From an uncultured virus (IMG/VR IMGVR_UViG_3300037493_005562) (Duplodnaviria > Heunggongvirae > Uroviricota > Caudoviricetes): a stretch of DNA of 64,000 nt. Of the stretch, positions 55,107-64,000 are shown one piece after another. The notes below the pieces were generated by a model, which searched no databases, was not told the origin of the DNA, and saw nothing but the letters and a program-made list of their open reading frames with translations. Both the position numbers and the translations under genes were made by a program. Location: the IMG/VR virus record IMGVR_UViG_3300037493_005562. One strand, written 5' to 3'. Within the stretch, counting starts at the first letter, position 1. Each line of letters starts with the position of its first letter.

Positions 55107-55451
55107 ATGGCTCTGACATACGACGAGTTTGCCTCGTGGGCGGAACAGGCTGAGGCGGCGGTCCCTCAAGTGCTGTCAGGTTTTGCGCGCCGTGTTCGGA
55201 AGTTCCCGAACGTCGTGATTCCTTTCCTTCCCAAGATCGAACAGCGGATGCGAGATCCCCAGCTCCAGACAAAGTGGCGTAAGATGGGGATCCCTATCCC
55301 CGCTTCGCTCCGTATTCGTACGCCAGAGCCTGAGCGCCGCACTCCGCCCCCTGCTGCTGCACTTGGGATCGAAGAAGCGCGTCGCATCCTCGCCCACGCG
55401 GTCGAGAAGTTCCGCGACTGGCGAAGCTCCCAGGCTGCTGTTCCCGCGTAG
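55107..55451 (+). CDS. Hypothetical protein
   Basis: Operon packing. Confidence 0.65.
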   Translation: MALTYDEFASWAEQAEAAVPQVLSGFARRVRKFPNVVIPFLPKIEQRMRDPQLQTKWRKMGIPIPASLRIRTPEPERRTPPPAAALGIEEARRILAHAVEKFRDWRSSQAAVPA

Positions 55452-55463
55452 TAGGAGGCATCG

Positions 55464-55898
55464 GTGCAGCCGCAGAACGCGATGATCGTGGCCGCTGTAG
55501 ATCCGGGATCCTCGATGGGGCCCGGTCCGCAGTTTTCGCCCGAGATCACGCAGCAGGCATCCCGGGCGGGTGTGCAGTTCGTCGCCGACGACTTTTGGCG
55601 GCGGCTCGTACTTTCTGGTGGCATGTGGGCCGCTGCGGGCGCTGCTGCGGGGTGGTATTGGTGGCAGAAGCCGCTTCACGGGGCGGCTGTCGGGGCCGCG
55701 TTCGGGACGTGGTCGAACCTGTCCTACCAGACGGGGCGCGTGGTGGGCTACTCCGTAGCGGAAGCGAAAAGACTGGAAGACGTAGAGCGCCATCAGTCGG
55801 CGTTGGGCCAGTTTTTGGAGACGTCGGGCAAGGGCTCTCGTCGCGTCCCAGCTACAGCAGGGCTTCGCTCACGGATCGCCGGAGCGCGTCGTAGGTAG
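55464..55898 (+). CDS. Glycine-zipper membrane protein
   Basis: AGGAGG RBS; two hydrophobic G/A segments. Confidence 0.7.
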   Translation: MQPQNAMIVAAVDPGSSMGPGPQFSPEITQQASRAGVQFVADDFWRRLVLSGGMWAAAGAAAGWYWWQKPLHGAAVGAAFGTWSNLSYQTGRVVGYSVAEAKRLEDVERHQSALGQFLETSGKGSRRVPATAGLRSRIAGARRR

Positions 55899-55980
55899 CG
55901 CGTTCGTGGAAGTTCTCCGACCTCGTGCCCTAGACATTGCTCGCCGTAGCGTATATACAACGTAGTGTAGTTGCTACGAG

Positions 55981-57195
55981 GTGGCGGTGATGCCAGGACG
56001 GCGAGTCCCAGGGGGCGGGGGTTTCCATCAGGTCGCGTACGGCGATGTACCTGGGCACGCGCCCATGGAGTTGGATCCCGATGACCCCCCTAGTGTAGAT
56101 ATCGACTCTCTGCCCGAGAACACGTCCCTTGTGACGGTGGACGGCGAAGAGTTCTCCACGACCGAAGATTACATGAAGCAAGTCCACCTGCCTCACGCGG
56201 CGGCGTTCTTAGCGTCGTTCGCGGTGGGGGTCGCGGCGGGGGGCGGAGCGTTGGCGGGAACGGCCGCAGCGACGCTCAGGGCGACTCTGGATCTCTCGAA
56301 GGAGACGGCGCGAACACGACGTCGGGAGCTTGCAGATCGGGCGCTCGCGGCACTTAGTCCGAAGCTACGTGAGAAAATCGCCTTGCCCGCCTACCTCGTT
56401 ATCGAGGATCTCGCGAACGAAAAACACGAAGAGGCGGAAGAGCGCATCGTAGAACTGCTTACGAAGGTTACGCGTGCGGAAGCCGTGTCCTTCCTGGATG
56501 TGGTCAGCGAGGCCGTTCCGGGTCTTCCGTATGACGTTCAGCGGGAGTTGATCGATCTGCTTCCTGAAGAGCGGAAGGAAGCGCCCCGAGCTAAGCCCGC
56601 CAAGTCTTCCATCCTTGACGAACTCGGTATTCCGGGCGGTGGCGCTCCTCCCCAGGACATTTACCAAGCCGCTGCCGCCTCGGGACTGGTCACCGAGAAC
56701 CAGTTCTGCGGCCTCGGGGCGATAGAGATCCCCGCGCGCACCGAGAAGGGCCCCGGCGTTGCGAAGCTTCAAGATTGCATCAATCGGAACATCTGGCTGA
56801 AGTCCATCGTGCTCGACGGCAGCGACGGTCAAGATCACGTTCTTGTGTCGTCGATTGTGGTAGCCGGTTTGCCGATCAACGTCGGGAATCAGGCCACCCC
56901 CCTGGTGATGTTCAGCGCGAACAGCACGCGCAGCGGCGTCTCGCTCGGGCGCCGACTCTCGCTCGTGGGGCAGACCGTGGTCGTGTCGTTGGAGAATCAC
57001 AGCGACAAGCCGGTATTCGTGTCCGGAGGCATCATCTGCGATGAGATGAATCCGTACGCGATGCAGACGTGGATGGAGCAGATGCTTCTTCAGGCGGCCG
57101 TCAGCGGCTTTTCTGAAATCGGTGAACAGTCATCTGTTTCGGACGAAGTTGGCGTTCCTGAGCACGCGAAACCTTTGAGGCCCCGACGTCGATGA
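55981..57195 (+). CDS. Protein with C-terminal paralog of the capsid-candidate domain
   Basis: 56656-57111 matches the 2208 gene (ENQF.GLG, INRN.W, AGLP.NVGNQ.TPL, DEMNPYAMQ.WMEQMLL); start uncertain. Confidence 0.8.
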   Translation: MAVMPGRRVPGGGGFHQVAYGDVPGHAPMELDPDDPPSVDIDSLPENTSLVTVDGEEFSTTEDYMKQVHLPHAAAFLASFAVGVAAGGGALAGTAAATLRATLDLSKETARTRRRELADRALAALSPKLREKIALPAYLVIEDLANEKHEEAEERIVELLTKVTRAEAVSFLDVVSEAVPGLPYDVQRELIDLLPEERKEAPRAKPAKSSILDELGIPGGGAPPQDIYQAAAASGLVTENQFCGLGAIEIPARTEKGPGVAKLQDCINRNIWLKSIVLDGSDGQDHVLVSSIVVAGLPINVGNQATPLVMFSANSTRSGVSLGRRLSLVGQTVVVSLENHSDKPVFVSGGIICDEMNPYAMQTWMEQMLLQAAVSGFSEIGEQSSVSDEVGVPEHAKPLRPRRR

Positions 57196-58073
57196 CTCGT
57201 CCTTACTCAGACAACTGGATGACCGCTCCTGCCGAGGAGTACAACGCTGCTATCCCTTTCGAGACTGTCGCCGTCGGCAGCCTGTCCAGTAGCCTTTCCA
57301 CCCTGACGGAGGGCCTGGAAGATCGTATTCGCGAGGTTGTTCTTCGCACACTTGATGAAGTAAAGACCCAGGAGCCGATTCCCGTCGCAGGGGAGAGTGT
57401 GCTCGCGGTTGATGGTTCGTACGTGTTGCGCGGAGAGGACGCGTCAGATTCGGACCCCTCCCGAGGTGTTTCTTACCTTTCTTACCATCCCTCTTGGACC
57501 TTTACGGGATCCGCCGGGGCCGCTGTCGGAGTTGGTGGTGCGTTTGTGGCTGCTGCGGTAGGAAGCAGGATGTTCTACGTGGACGAGAAGGGCTCGGACA
57601 CGACAGGTGACGGCTCGAAGACACGTCCCTTTTCTTCGATAGCAAGGGCAAATCAAGAAGCGACGACGTGCACGACGACGGGTACTGGCGCTGCGGGGAC
57701 GTGGAGTTCCACGGTGGCTGCAAGCAGGGTTGAGCTGGACAGCGTGTTGGAAAAAGAGCGGCGTGCGGAGCGAGAGGCGGAGGATCAATCCAGGGTATCC
57801 GGCGCAATCCAGAACGGTGCCGAGGTCTGGAAGCGTGACTATCTTGCGTTTGTCCTCGCGGGCGATGTCGACGAACGAGATCGCATGCGACTGCTGTTGG
57901 CGTTGCAGGCTGCGTTGACCTTAGACGCGTTTCGATATCTCGCGGTGATGGTTGCGGCGGCTCCGGGCACGAAGTCGAACGAGAGGTACCTGCTTGAACA
58001 GATCGCAAAGTTTGCAGGGGGTGTGCCTGCATCCAGCCCTGCGGTACTCGGCGGGTACTCCGTGAGAATTTAG
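57192..58073 (+). CDS. Hypothetical protein with isolated DUF1565-like motif
   Basis: FYVDEKGSDTTGDGSKTRPFSSIARA; ATGA overlap. Confidence 0.65.
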   Translation: MTRPYSDNWMTAPAEEYNAAIPFETVAVGSLSSSLSTLTEGLEDRIREVVLRTLDEVKTQEPIPVAGESVLAVDGSYVLRGEDASDSDPSRGVSYLSYHPSWTFTGSAGAAVGVGGAFVAAAVGSRMFYVDEKGSDTTGDGSKTRPFSSIARANQEATTCTTTGTGAAGTWSSTVAASRVELDSVLEKERRAEREAEDQSRVSGAIQNGAEVWKRDYLAFVLAGDVDERDRMRLLLALQAALTLDAFRYLAVMVAAAPGTKSNERYLLEQIAKFAGGVPASSPAVLGGYSVRI

Positions 58074-58162
58074 CGTGGGGCCCTGATCGAGATCCCCGAG
58101 TCAGACCCCCCCCTGTGAGTTGAAACTACCACCTGAGGCCCGAGTGGGTTAGACTTGCCCCC

Positions 58163-61100
58163 ATGGCAACCACGACACCACTTTCGGCCGCCGAAACTAC
58201 CCTCTCGCTCGAAGACTACGACGCGCTGGTGTCGTACGTTGGGAGCCTCAAGGGGGAAGCACGTACAGGCATCTCCTGGGCGGCGTTTAGCGCGTTCCTC
58301 GCGTCTAACCGCGGGCAGATGCAGACCCTGTACAAAGAACTGATCGACACCCCTTGGACGACAGGATGTCCGGTCCTTGCTCCCACAGGGGATATGAACT
58401 ACGAGGAGTGGCCCGAAAAGCGTCGTAGGGAGTCGAATCTCGACGCCCTTTGTGTTTTGGGGCAGATGAAGCTCTCTGCACGGACGGCGCCGACCTCCGT
58501 GGATCTGGCACACCTTCAGGGCTACACGGGGTGGGCGGACATCGACGTCTGGAAGCTGCCTGTAGACCCCAACCTGCTTCCACCCGAGTACCTCGCAGGG
58601 GTCACGAAGGCGCGGCAGCACAAGCCGATTATTGACACGCCTTTCGGCCGCGCACGGCTGTTCCCGTCGCCGATTCTGTCTGAGGCGATGTGGGGCCTCG
58701 GACAGCGACTTGTCCCTTCCGGCATGCAGGCCAGCGACATCCTTATCCTGGGGCAGGGTGCTGGGCGTTTTGTACAGTCTGCGCCCCCGGCCTCGTTGCG
58801 GATGACGATCGTGGAGCCGAACGTGCTCGACGCCGAGATCCTCTCTGCAACGTACCCAGAAGTAGAGGTGGAGTCTCGGCCGTTCGTCAAATTCGCGGTG
58901 GAGTCTGAGAAGGCGTCCCGCGCGTTCGACGTCATCCTGCTTGATTCCGACCCTTACGGGTACGGTCGTACAGAACGGGAACGAAAGCTCGACGCGCCTC
59001 TTACTTTCGCGGAAGACCCCGATAACCAGTCGTCTGTGTACGAGGTCTATCGAGCGTTGACGCTGCTTCGTCCGGGCGGCGTTCTTGTGGCAACCGTTCC
59101 GACCGAGTTGGTGTTCGACCCTACGGGGGCACAGCGGTACTCGCAGCTCCGTCAGAGGTTCGTGCAGGCCGCGCATCTGTCGACGGTGATCTTCCTTCCG
59201 TACGCCGATCTGTACGCGGGTACGAAGTACGCACCCCGGGCGGTCGTGGCGTTCGTCAAGCGGGCTCCAGCTACGGTCCCGATGCCCTCCGAAACGTCTG
59301 AGGCGTTCGTTCACGGGGACGTCCAGAGCACTTCCCTCGGTCAGAACAATACGATGGGTCGGTGGGTGGGCTTGGCCGATGGCCGACAGGTGGTTCGAGG
59401 CGATACGACGGGGGGGATCGACCCTTACGCGATCGTCGACGCGCAGATTGAGCCCCTCCCGTATGCGGCGGTAGCTCAGATCACCCAGGCACGCCGCGCC
59501 GAGCGCACGGTTCAGACGCACCCTCGTTCCCCAATTGTACGCACGCCCCCTCCGACCCCCGTGGCGGCGACGAACGCCCTGTCTTCGGACGCGGCACGGG
59601 ACGTCGCGCTCGACGAAATCACAGGGCCCAAGCCAAGTGCTCTGGCCTTTGCCATCGTGTTGTCGTCGCGCGTCGAGACCTACATGGGGCTGCTTACGCG
59701 TTCGGCGCCCGACGATCGGGCTCGCGCCGAAGGCGGCCGTACCGAACTTCGTCAGGACATCGAGCACTTCGTGGATCGCTACGGAAATCCGCACGCACTG
59801 GCTGAGGTAGCACGGAACCCTCACTGTGCGGCGCTCGTGCAGGCCATCCGCCAGGACGGCTCCCTGATTCCGGCTCTCACGTCTCCGCAGTCCGACCGCG
59901 AGTTCGGAGCCCCTCTCCAGGGCGCGGGAGTGCTCGACATTGTGGACTTTTACTCGAAGAGGAACGGGGTCTGTACCGAGACGGATCTGCTGAAGTATTT
60001 CGGCGACGTTGAGTCGATCGTCGAGTCGGTGCTTGCGCAGCCGGAGTACGCCCTGGAGTTCAACTGCTTCGACGCGAATCACGTGCCCTCGGCGTACTGC
60101 CTGTATCGGTACGAAGACTACCTTACGGGCGATCTCTGGGCCCGCTTGGCGCAGGTGAACACGACGATCGAGGGGCTTCCGGCGGACGACACGTCGCCCC
60201 GTCGCGAGAAGCTCAAAGAGCAACGGGGCCGTTTGGATGCAGTGATTGATGCTCTCAAGCTGTCTGAGATCCACCCCACGCCCCGGTCCGGGTTCATCCC
60301 ACTTCCGTGCTTGCAAGAGTTCGTGAACGCGCGCTTGAAAGCGCCTCCGTCGAGCGGTCGGGCCGAAGAAGATACCCTCGCCTACGACAATGAGCCGAAC
60401 ATCACGCTGTCGATCGAGGACGGCCGGTTGAAGGGGCGTACGAACGGCAGCCTCATGCTCAAGGAGCTAGGTGTTGAGTCGACGCTTCAGATGGCCGAGC
60501 TGACGTGGATCCTCGCCTACTGGAATCGTGAAACGCAGATCGTAGACCCCGACGAGAAGCTCGCGACCAAGTCGCGCGTGTTCACTGACGGGATGTCGCT
60601 TTTGGACAAGCTGACCAAGGAAGAGTTGCTGGAGCGGGACTTCGAGACGTGGCTGCTGGCAAGCGACGTGTGGCGACCGCAGATCGAGCAGCGGTACAAC
60701 CTCGCGTACCGAGGGCTCGTGCCCCGGAAGCCGGACGAGTCGAAGCTTGGACTGCTTCGGCAGAGCGCGCGTTCCCCACACCCTCACCAGAACGCTGCGA
60801 CTCGGCGCTTCACCGAGACGCGTGGAGGTCTCGCCGCACACTCGGTCGGCGTGGGTAAGACGTTCGCGGCAAGCCTCACGCTGGCAAACTGGCGTCAGCG
60901 CGGACTTTGCCGTAAGCCTGTCGTAGTTGCTCCGAACAACGTGATGGTGAACTGGCTTCGGGAGATCCGCGCAGCACTTCCCGACTACCGTGTAGGGGTC
61001 ATCGGGTGGACGATGCAGAAGGGAGTCGCTGTTCAGGACTCCCGAGAGTCTCGGCGGGAGAAGTGGGAAAGGTACCGTGCGGGCGACTACGACGTGTTGC

Positions 61101-64000
61101 TTTGCCCGTACTCGAACTGGTTGAACGACCTGGATGTTTCGGACGAGCTGATTTACTCGTACGCGAAGAACGAGTTTGCGTTCCAGAGATTCTCAGGGTC
61201 CGAGAAAGAAGACCACGCCTACTACGAACGGCGCCTCGACGAGCTTGAGGACCAGATCAGTAAGAAGAAAGCCTCCGGAGCCTCCTCGAAGGTGATTGAC
61301 GAGTTGCAGGAGAAGATCGAGAAGGTGGAGGCGTATCTTGCTACTCCCCCCAGGTCCCTGCTTCCTACGCTCGAACGGGCACTCGCGGGCGCACCTCTTC
61401 CAACCGATACTCTCCGTCCCTATCGTCCGCGCACGGGGGAGGCGGTAGGCGAGGACGAAGAGGATGCCGATGATTGGGTGGTTGGTAACAGCCCTCACGA
61501 ACTTGCGGCGTACGCGCAGCGCCGGGGGATTTTCTTCTCGAAAACGGTTCCGGGTACGGTTGAGATCACACCACAGTACGCCCCCGACGACGAGACCGTG
61601 GCCGTATTGGTCCTTGATCTGGCCCGCGACATCCAGGCGAGCGGACAGTCGCGTGAAGTGAGTCTGGTTGATTTTCTTCCAGAAGGACCCGAAGGGCAGG
61701 GACTGTTTGAGCGACGGGAATCGAAGAGGAAGAAGAAAGGCAAGGGTCGTCCAGCGGCGCCGAGCCCAAAAGCACCCTCCAAGAAGCAACTCGTGGCGTT
61801 GATGGATATCCTGTTCCCTCGACCTCCCGCACAACCAGACAACGTTCCGGTAGAACCCCGCCCCGCACTTATCGATTACGCATCCCTGGGTGTGGACGCG
61901 TTGATCGTTGACGAGGCGCACAACTTCAAGAACACGTGGTTTCCCAACCCCCGCCTCGGTGCGGCGGAGATGGAGTATTGCGGCGCGATAAAGTCAATAG
62001 GAGAGCGTCCAACTTCCAAGGGGTTTGGTGGCGTTCAGGCTTGGGACATGTGGTACAAGTGCCGCGACATCCAGACTCGTCGCGGTGGGAACATCCTGTT
62101 GCTCACGGCAACGCCTGTTAAGAACAGTCCTCTTGAAGCCTTTAACTTGGCGCAGCTCATCTCGTACGGGACCTGGGAGCGGCGCTACTTGCGCTCCAGC
62201 GAAGAGTTCATCGATCGATTCATCGTGCTCGCTGCTGAGGAAGGCACGAAGATCACGTTCGAGGTCGTCGAGAAGTTGACCGTGAAGGCGTTTAGCAACG
62301 ACGGCCAGGAGCTTCGCGCAGCGTTGCTGTATCTCACGGACCGGATCACGACGGACGATCTCCTCGCGTACTGGGCGCGTATTGGGTACACCAAGGGAAA
62401 AATCCCCCTTCAAGTTCCTTCGCAGCTCTTCGTAGACATGGATCCGATCCAGAACTTTATCTACGACAAGCTCGGCGTTCTTGTCGAGCAGCAGGAGGAT
62501 AAAGACGACGACGACGAGGAGGCGGAGCGCAAGAAGAGGTTCGTGATCCTCGAAATCGACGGCGAAAAGGTAAAGATCCCCAAGTCGATGGTCAACGCAC
62601 TGATGCTCGACATCGGAACGAAGGCGGCGATCGATCCACGACTGCTCACGCTCAATATCGCCGACTGCGAAGTCGCGATCCAGGCGGACGACGTTCGGGT
62701 GGAAGCCTGGGACCGGTGGGAAGAGGGAAAACGCCAGGGTCGAGGGGGCTCTGCGCCCAAGAAGCGCCCCCTCAGCGCAAAAGCTCGCGACTTCCTCGAA
62801 AAGAAGTACCTGTTACTGGTCCACTGGCTCGGCGCTGGAGAGTACCCTTCACCCAAGCACTACGGTGACTCGGTGCTGCCGAAGTACGCGAAGGTTGCGG
62901 AGTATATCCGTGGTCGGGGCGACTGCGGGCACGTGATTTTCTCAGACTTCAATGAAACCCACGACGCAATCAAAGACGCGATCGTACGCATCGCAGGCGT
63001 CCCCGCAGAGCGTATTGGGATCATCGTTGCACAGACTCCCGCGCGAACCGTGTTGCGAATGGTTTCCCAGCCTGTGCACGTGGTCAAGCCTTCTGTTCGA
63101 CAGCTAGTCGCCGACGGATTCAACGGGACATGGGACGAGACCCTGGAGAAGCCTACGCTTCTGGTCGAGCCGATCTACGACGTCGTGATCGGTAACTCCC
63201 AAGCAATGGCTGAGGGCCTGAACCTTCAGAAGCGCACCTGTGCGATCCACCATCTCACGTTCACGTGGGAGCCCGCCACGATCACGCAGCGCAACGGGCG
63301 TGGTGTGCGTCAGGGCAACAAGTTCGACCGCGTTGACGTGCGTTACTACATCGCAGGTAACGACCCTCGGGAGTTCCCGCTCCCGGATGTCAGTGAGCCT
63401 TGCGTTGCGCCCGAGGAAGGTTCCGAAACGCCAAACCCAAGCTACGACTTCTACAGGTTCGATAAGACGGTGGGCAAGTCGGGGTGGCAAGAGACGCTGT
63501 TTTCGTCGGACACGCGGTCGTCAGGCAACCCGTTTGCCGAGGCGAAGGGTATCTCGAAGGAAGACCTTCAGTACATGATGCTCGCGCGTAAGGACCCGAT
63601 GAAAGCGTGTGAGATCCGCCGTATCCATAAGATCCGGGCGAAGTCTCGCGCACGCACTGAGTTGATCAATAAGATTTCTGGGAAGGTCGGGGATCTCGTT
63701 CGCGACTGGCGCATGATTCGCAAGACGGACCCGGGTGCGCAACAGGACGTGCAGTTGGCTCGGGCGTATCGAGACGAGGCGGGGTTGCGGGAGATCCTTG
63801 AGTCTCACCCAGACCTGCCGTCGGCTTCAGGTATTTGGGCCGCTGTGGAAGCTGCTCGCAAACATTCCGTCTACGTTGACGCCCATACGGGTTTCTACGT
63901 GATTGAAGGGGAGCGGGTGTGTCTCCGTGCGTTGAATCCGTCCTACGGGGACCTGTTCTACACTCCCCGTAAGATCGAAATCGAGGAGTTGATTCCTGCG
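58163..64000 (+). CDS. DarB-like methyltransferase-fold/SNF2 helicase fusion, 3'-partial
   Basis: Same frame from ATG 58163: YTGW, AHSVGVGKT (about 60836), IVDEAHNFKN (about 61904), LTATPVKNS, AEGLNLQ, WEP...QRNGRGVRQGN; absent from the ORF track because no stop lies in the window. Confidence 0.85.
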   Translation, partial: MATTTPLSAAETTLSLEDYDALVSYVGSLKGEARTGISWAAFSAFLASNRGQMQTLYKELIDTPWTTGCPVLAPTGDMNYEEWPEKRRRESNLDALCVLGQMKLSARTAPTSVDLAHLQGYTGWADIDVWKLPVDPNLLPPEYLAGVTKARQHKPIIDTPFGRARLFPSPILSEAMWGLGQRLVPSGMQASDILILGQGAGRFVQSAPPASLRMTIVEPNVLDAEILSATYPEVEVESRPFVKFAVESEKASRAFDVILLDSDPYGYGRTERERKLDAPLTFAEDPDNQSSVYEVYRALTLLRPGGVLVATVPTELVFDPTGAQRYSQLRQRFVQAAHLSTVIFLPYADLYAGTKYAPRAVVAFVKRAPATVPMPSETSEAFVHGDVQSTSLGQNNTMGRWVGLADGRQVVRGDTTGGIDPYAIVDAQIEPLPYAAVAQITQARRAERTVQTHPRSPIVRTPPPTPVAATNALSSDAARDVALDEITGPKPSALAFAIVLSSRVETYMGLLTRSAPDDRARAEGGRTELRQDIEHFVDRYGNPHALAEVARNPHCAALVQAIRQDGSLIPALTSPQSDREFGAPLQGAGVLDIVDFYSKRNGVCTETDLLKYFGDVESIVESVLAQPEYALEFNCFDANHVPSAYCLYRYEDYLTGDLWARLAQVNTTIEGLPADDTSPRREKLKEQRGRLDAVIDALKLSEIHPTPRSGFIPLPCLQEFVNARLKAPPSSGRAEEDTLAYDNEPNITLSIEDGRLKGRTNGSLMLKELGVESTLQMAELTWILAYWNRETQIVDPDEKLATKSRVFTDGMSLLDKLTKEELLERDFETWLLASDVWRPQIEQRYNLAYRGLVPRKPDESKLGLLRQSARSPHPHQNAATRRFTETRGGLAAHSVGVGKTFAASLTLANWRQRGLCRKPVVVAPNNVMVNWLREIRAALPDYRVGVIGWTMQKGVAVQDSRESRREKWERYRAGDYDVLLCPYSNWLNDLDVSDELIYSYAKNEFAFQRFSGSEKEDHAYYERRLDELEDQISKKKASGASSKVIDELQEKIEKVEAYLATPPRSLLPTLERALAGAPLPTDTLRPYRPRTGEAVGEDEEDADDWVVGNSPHELAAYAQRRGIFFSKTVPGTVEITPQYAPDDETVAVLVLDLARDIQASGQSREVSLVDFLPEGPEGQGLFERRESKRKKKGKGRPAAPSPKAPSKKQLVALMDILFPRPPAQPDNVPVEPRPALIDYASLGVDALIVDEAHNFKNTWFPNPRLGAAEMEYCGAIKSIGERPTSKGFGGVQAWDMWYKCRDIQTRRGGNILLLTATPVKNSPLEAFNLAQLISYGTWERRYLRSSEEFIDRFIVLAAEEGTKITFEVVEKLTVKAFSNDGQELRAALLYLTDRITTDDLLAYWARIGYTKGKIPLQVPSQLFVDMDPIQNFIYDKLGVLVEQQEDKDDDDEEAERKKRFVILEIDGEKVKIPKSMVNALMLDIGTKAAIDPRLLTLNIADCEVAIQADDVRVEAWDRWEEGKRQGRGGSAPKKRPLSAKARDFLEKKYLLLVHWLGAGEYPSPKHYGDSVLPKYAKVAEYIRGRGDCGHVIFSDFNETHDAIKDAIVRIAGVPAERIGIIVAQTPARTVLRMVSQPVHVVKPSVRQLVADGFNGTWDETLEKPTLLVEPIYDVVIGNSQAMAEGLNLQKRTCAIHHLTFTWEPATITQRNGRGVRQGNKFDRVDVRYYIAGNDPREFPLPDVSEPCVAPEEGSETPNPSYDFYRFDKTVGKSGWQETLFSSDTRSSGNPFAEAKGISKEDLQYMMLARKDPMKACEIRRIHKIRAKSRARTELINKISGKVGDLVRDWRMIRKTDPGAQQDVQLARAYRDEAGLREILESHPDLPSASGIWAAVEAARKHSVYVDAHTGFYVIEGERVCLRALNPSYGDLFYTPRKIEIEELIPA

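Noticed and set aside
58070..60316. 748-aa minus-strand ORF
   Set aside because: Antisense shadow of the plus-strand helicase gene, which carries all the motifs.

Overview
This is a gene-dense, high-GC stretch of a large bacterial virus or virus-like element. It has GGAG/GAGG ribosome-binding sites, overlapping stop/start codons and no host housekeeping genes. Plus-strand blocks (1-23.8 kb, 33.5-35.3 kb, 51.7-64 kb) look virion-related. They encode many small glycine-zipper membrane proteins and K/R-rich proteins, a candidate single-jelly-roll capsid protein (2208-2915) with a paralog at about 56 kb, two papain-fold Cys-protease candidates, a membrane-anchored lysozyme, histone H1-like proteins and a DarB-like methyltransferase/SNF2 helicase of more than 1900 aa that runs off the window end. 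No HK97-type head, portal, terminase or tail genes were recognised. Minus-strand blocks (23.8-33.2 kb, 35.3-37.4 kb, 40.4-51.6 kb) hold small accessory genes: PcfJ-like, HNH-like nucleases, a metallophosphoesterase, an AAA ATPase and an HTH protein. They are preceded by seven copies of a shared TTGACN-N14-GTTAC promoter-like motif. The most unusual signals are RNA-level: (i) Ro60/TROVE preceded by a tandem array of four Y-RNA-like hairpins, one carrying tRNA arms; (ii) an RNA of about 400 nt containing two circularly permuted tRNA-like domains and hexamer repeats, downstream of a conserved helical protein; (iii) a structured orphan RNA of about 200 nt with its own promoter motif. All family assignments come from motif recognition by eye, without database searches.
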